Assembly: GCA_021818905.1 (NCBI GenBank)
Contig: JAKASS010000002.1
Coordinates: 24,142-88,141 of the forward strand
Reading direction: 5' to 3'
DNA length: 64,000 nucleotides
From: Nanobdellota archaeon
GTDB lineage: Archaea; Nanobdellota; Nanobdellia; Parvarchaeales; Parvarchaeaceae
The position numbers were made by a program, and so were the translations under genes. The notes beneath the pieces are model-generated. The model was not told where the DNA came from. It did not search any database and saw only the letters and a program-made list of their open reading frames with translations. Shown in pieces: positions 60,424 to 64,000 of the stretch (the stretch's first letter is position 1; each line of letters begins with the position of its first letter).

Positions 60424-62604
60424 GTGGGCGTGAAAAAATCTTCTAGTCTGGAAACTCTTCTTGTTAAGAGTCCAAAGGTAAAAACTGCGTCGAAAGACGA
60501 CGCTAAATTAAGGCTGGTTTTGATATCCGAACCGGAACTTGCGACTAAGTTGAGCGATTATCAGGCTCTTTATAACGCCGGTCAAGTGATAGAGAAATAC
60601 GACGGCCGAATAGATGCCATAATACTAAACGGGGGGATGGCTCAGGTCCCTAGTAAATACAGCAAGAGGCGCGGGGAGAGATTTGACCTTCTGGAAGATC
60701 GGCTGAAAGAGACTTACGGTGAAAAAATATTCAAAGAAGTCAAAGGCGGCGCTTCCGGAAGCGATTCCATAGACTCCATGCCAGAAGCACTTCGCTTGGC
60801 GAGGGTCCAGATGAGGAATATACATGAACAGGCGAAGAACAAGGGCATACCTATCTATTACATATTCGCAGAGAACGACTACAAGAATGTAAGCGACCTT
60901 ATAACTGTGTTTGACAAGGTAAAAGCATACGTTGATAAGAACCAGGACAAGGAAGAGACGGAAGATGGCTTCCCGGATATGGTAAAGGGTGTTGACCAAA
61001 GCCTTCTCGCGTTCGTACAGAACAGCTACAAAATAAAGGCTTCCCAATGGAAGAACAAGGACAAGGGCGGGATAAAGGACATGGCTTTGAACATGTACAA
61101 ACAGTGGATCGCGTCCATATTCTCCGATAAGGAGAGTGGGGAGGACCAGACGCTTAAAATACTTGATGGACGGGAAGGAAAGGAATCGGCAGACTTAACG
61201 ACCATGAAAAGGTTTGAAAATGACCTAGAAATAAACGGCATCAAGATAAGGGCGATGCACGCGATCAATGGTCTTTACTCCGGAAACAACGAGGCTAAAC
61301 CTACCGAAAGAGGCGGCGTAATGGCGATAGACAACGCAAACAAAGACGCGCTGCACGGGAGATTAGTAGATGTATACATAAGGTCGCACGAATCTGCGAC
61401 GCAATTTACCGCAGTAGATTTCAATTCCAGAGAAAACCCGGTATATTTCATAAACTCGGGCCCTCTACAAAGCCTTGATTCACAGATAAGAAAGCACTCG
61501 AGCTGGAATAAAACTACAAACGCCAAAAGAGCCGACCAAGCCGAAGACAGTGCAATGCTGATATTCTCTATGAGCGCAGATTCTAGAGTCGACCTCCAGC
61601 ATGTCGGACTCAGGGCGCTTAAAGACGGGACCGATATATCCGCCCTTGAAAGAGCCGCTTCTAAAGAATTATACGAGACTGTGCAGATATCCGATGCGCA
61701 TGTAGGCGCGCCGAGCATGACTTCTTCTTACGAACTTATGGAAGCAATACCACTAGAGCTAGCAAAGAGCACGATACCAAAGGAGCACAGGTACCTGTTC
61801 TTCTTGGGAGACATGTTACACGGCGGATCCGACAAAGCATCTTGGACGGATATACTCTGGCCGCAAAGAGGCACTAGAGACGAGCTTCTTAAGAAGCTTA
61901 GGAGCGCGAAGACGGTGGAAGAAAAAGCCAACGTATTGAGAGAGCTTCTTGATGGCGTCGCTACTCCGGACCTGGGAAGACAGGCAAGAGAGGCAGACAA
62001 GGTCCTTATAAGTAAGATAGCAAACTATTTCGATACCGCTTATGTCGTGGACGGAAACCACGTAGAAAAGGCCGCTGGCCACGCAGGTGAAAGCGGTTTC
62101 CTTGGTCCGATACTCGAACACGCCGGCACGAGGGAAGTAAAGTATCCAGACCAGGTTTCATTAAGAAATGAGGACCTTACTTTAGGGCCTTATAATCTAT
62201 TCATGCTGCACAGCCCTGGTTATAGGGGTGGCGTGGATGCCGGCACGGCTTTGGCCTATAAGGTGATAAAAACGGGCAACGACAACGCGCAAATGGTCTT
62301 TGCCGGGGACTGCCACGAAGAACACGCCGTATTTTTCGCAAAGTATAACAATCAGACAGAAAAATGGGACACGTTCCTAGCGATGACTTCCGCGGCTTTA
62401 CAGGATGTTACCAGCTTTGAAAAGAAGATAGTCTCAAAGAACAAGTATACCAGAGGTTTTGAGATGACTTACCTGCCTACAAACCCTGAGATAGGGACAT
62501 CTTACATAAGACACACATTCATACCAGCACAGGCTCTAAGAAAAACTTTGGACAAGAACGGTGGTTCCGAACTGGAAAAGATCGTCAAATTAAGATATTC
62601 TTGA
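60424..62604 (+). CDS. tandem calcineurin-like metallophosphoesterase: degenerate N-terminal MPE-like domain + intact C-terminal MPE domain
   Basis: 726 aa; C-half has canonical MPE motifs ISDAHVG (DxH), FLGDMLHGGSD (GDxxDxG), VDGNHVEK (GNHE), FMLHSP, FAGDCHEEH; N-half has the same motif order with substitutions (LISEPE, ILNGGM, FAENDY, RSHES). Confidence 0.55.
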   Translation: MGVKKSSSLETLLVKSPKVKTASKDDAKLRLVLISEPELATKLSDYQALYNAGQVIEKYDGRIDAIILNGGMAQVPSKYSKRRGERFDLLEDRLKETYGEKIFKEVKGGASGSDSIDSMPEALRLARVQMRNIHEQAKNKGIPIYYIFAENDYKNVSDLITVFDKVKAYVDKNQDKEETEDGFPDMVKGVDQSLLAFVQNSYKIKASQWKNKDKGGIKDMALNMYKQWIASIFSDKESGEDQTLKILDGREGKESADLTTMKRFENDLEINGIKIRAMHAINGLYSGNNEAKPTERGGVMAIDNANKDALHGRLVDVYIRSHESATQFTAVDFNSRENPVYFINSGPLQSLDSQIRKHSSWNKTTNAKRADQAEDSAMLIFSMSADSRVDLQHVGLRALKDGTDISALERAASKELYETVQISDAHVGAPSMTSSYELMEAIPLELAKSTIPKEHRYLFFLGDMLHGGSDKASWTDILWPQRGTRDELLKKLRSAKTVEEKANVLRELLDGVATPDLGRQAREADKVLISKIANYFDTAYVVDGNHVEKAAGHAGESGFLGPILEHAGTREVKYPDQVSLRNEDLTLGPYNLFMLHSPGYRGGVDAGTALAYKVIKTGNDNAQMVFAGDCHEEHAVFFAKYNNQTEKWDTFLAMTSAALQDVTSFEKKIVSKNKYTRGFEMTYLPTNPEIGTSYIRHTFIPAQALRKTLDKNGGSELEKIVKLRYS

Positions 62605-62645
62605 TTTAAGCGCATACATATAAATGTAGGGTTTCTCTAAAGACG

Positions 62646-63716
62646 ATGAAAGCGGGAGAAAAGGAGTCAGAGGCGATAATTGACTTCATAAAAGCCAACG
62701 ATGACTTCTCGATTTTTTACCATCTGGATGGCGATGGCATAACAAGCGCGGCCATACTTGCCCAGGCCATAGAAAAACTCGGCAAAAGATTACATGGCGT
62801 AAGGCCGACTAATTATGAAGACTTTGAAAACGGCATAAATCTATCGGATTTTAGCGACACCATAGTAATCTGCGACTTGCAAGTGCTAGAAAGCTATATA
62901 CCCGAGCTAAAAGCCAAAAATCTTTGCGTGATAGACCACCATGAGGTCATAAATCATGCTGGCATCATCTACATAAACCCAAAAATGTGGGGAGACCTCA
63001 CTTATACCCCGTGTGCCCTATTGACCTATCGATTATTCGAAAAATTCGTGCCGGAATCGGATTGGGTCTCGGCTATCGGGCTTGTAAGTGACGCGGGCGG
63101 AAAAGAAAACGACAAATGGCTCCGCGAAGTCGCTGGAAAATACGGCGTCAAACTAAAAGACGACGAATACCTTTACGACAACGAATTTGGCTTGGTGGCT
63201 TCCATGCTGAATTCTATGACGTTGCAATATGGGCGTGAGGGTGCGGACGAGGCGCTGGGGATCCTGCTTCAGACTAGGTCACTGAACGAATTGCTGGCCA
63301 ACCAGAAGCTGGTCTCTGCCAACAACAACGCAAAGAAAGAGGTATACAGACTAAGGGAAGACTTTGAAAACAAAAAAGAAGCTTATGGCGACCTAATATA
63401 TTTCTTCGATGTGCCTTCCATAAAAAAACGCTATTCTTCGTCGGTGATAACCCCGTTGAGCATGGAAAAAGGTTATTACGGAAAGATCCTGGTGTTTATG
63501 ACCCGGGTAAACAGTGATACGATGCGCGTGAATATAAGGGCAAACGGCCTGGACGTAAAGCTTCCGCACGCTTTGAGGGGGATATTTACGAAAATCAAGG
63601 GCAATGGCGGTGGGCACGACCCTGCGGCCGGCGCTTCGATAAGGCCGCAAGACAAGGATAAATTTAAGACCCTCTTCGCAGAAGAAATAAGAAAACAGCT
63701 TGATAAAAAGCTTTAG
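62646..63716 (+). CDS. DHH-DHHA1 family phosphoesterase (NrnA/RecJ-like)
   Basis: 356 aa; DHH motifs HLDGDG, ICDLQ, VIDHH and DHHA1 GGGH. Confidence 0.7.
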   Translation: MKAGEKESEAIIDFIKANDDFSIFYHLDGDGITSAAILAQAIEKLGKRLHGVRPTNYEDFENGINLSDFSDTIVICDLQVLESYIPELKAKNLCVIDHHEVINHAGIIYINPKMWGDLTYTPCALLTYRLFEKFVPESDWVSAIGLVSDAGGKENDKWLREVAGKYGVKLKDDEYLYDNEFGLVASMLNSMTLQYGREGADEALGILLQTRSLNELLANQKLVSANNNAKKEVYRLREDFENKKEAYGDLIYFFDVPSIKKRYSSSVITPLSMEKGYYGKILVFMTRVNSDTMRVNIRANGLDVKLPHALRGIFTKIKGNGGGHDPAAGASIRPQDKDKFKTLFAEEIRKQLDKKL

Positions 63717-63757
63717 ATAGTTAAAAAAAGCATACAATGACATGGTAGTAAGATCGG

Positions 63758-64000
63758 TTTTACTTTGCGTGCATGGTTACACAAACCAACCGAAAGAATC
63801 TCACAGGCCATGGAAAAAGGTTGTGAGCGATCGATTGCATACTGCGCATAAATTGGCAGAATTTTTCAATGCGACCGGTGTTGTTACCTACTTAGTATTG
63901 TCCGGTGGCGCAATAAATAATGGAAACGTGGAAGCGGACGTGATTTATGAACACGCAAAGACCGAATTTCCAGATATCTTCAAGCTAGTGACAGACGTTA
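63758..64000 (+). CDS. hypothetical protein, 5' part only (possible DUF218/YdcF-like), runs off window end
   Basis: Open frame MVVRSVLLCVHGYTNQ...LVLSGGAINNG continues to the window edge. Confidence 0.25.

Noticed and set aside
1-64000. CRISPR arrays, cas genes, restriction-modification or toxin-antitoxin loci
   Set aside because: No regularly spaced direct repeats and no Cas/RM signature proteins seen; the only repeats are IS/MITE terminal repeats and a 12-mer near transposase fragments

Overview
This is a gene-dense, AT-rich archaeal chromosomal window (roughly 35-40% GC by eye) with strong Thermoplasmata-like signatures. I did not see an obvious named defence or CRISPR system; the most unusual block is the phosphoesterase pair at 60424..63716.

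What the window contains:
- A solitary 16S rRNA gene (minus strand, ~17.1-18.6 kb) with no adjacent 23S or 5S.
- Archaeal information-processing genes: RNA polymerase subunits L, K and F, TFE, ribosomal proteins L21e and L40e, SRP54, Cbf5, KsgA, RNase P protein subunits Pop5 and Rpp30, and SerRS.
- The conserved archaeal superoperon Pop5 / proteasome alpha / SBDS / Rrp4 / Rrp41 / Rrp42 / RpoK / SRP54. Here it carries an extra FAU-1 (RNase E/G-like) gene inserted between rrp41 and rrp42.
- An N-glycosylation module: oligosaccharyltransferase AglB (WWDYG motif), a MOP-family flippase, GT4 glycosyltransferases, a sugar-nucleotide synthesis block and surface glycoprotein genes.
- A bacterial-type grpE-dnaK-dnaJ operon, class II ribonucleotide reductase, threonine synthase, an aldehyde dehydrogenase, and many membrane proteases (two S2P/M50, HtpX, PepQ).

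RNA genes and mobile DNA:
- Eight tRNA genes were found by eye: Asp, Trp (with intron), Leu, Pro, Arg x2, and Val (with a short intron).
- Mobile DNA is limited to one compact region (~44.4-47.1 kb) and a second islet at a tRNA-Arg 3' end. The first region holds a GC-rich IS6-family insertion sequence with 26-bp imperfect terminal inverted repeats, plus decayed IS5-like transposase fragments.
- A MITE-like 95-bp element flanked by a 14-bp direct duplication sits at the 3' end of a small Cys-rich secreted protein gene.

Other unusual observations:
- Three genes (galT-like, FNR-like oxidoreductase, and a small pseudogene) are disrupted by frameshifts or stops. At least three of the frameshifts fall in homopolymer runs (sequencing error versus real pseudogenisation).
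- A tandem metallophosphoesterase (degenerate N domain plus intact C domain) is paired with a DHH-DHHA1 phosphoesterase.
- A GT4 / GDE_C-like / small RIO-Bud32-like kinase cluster.
- An AglB with a cytoplasmic coiled-coil N-terminal extension.
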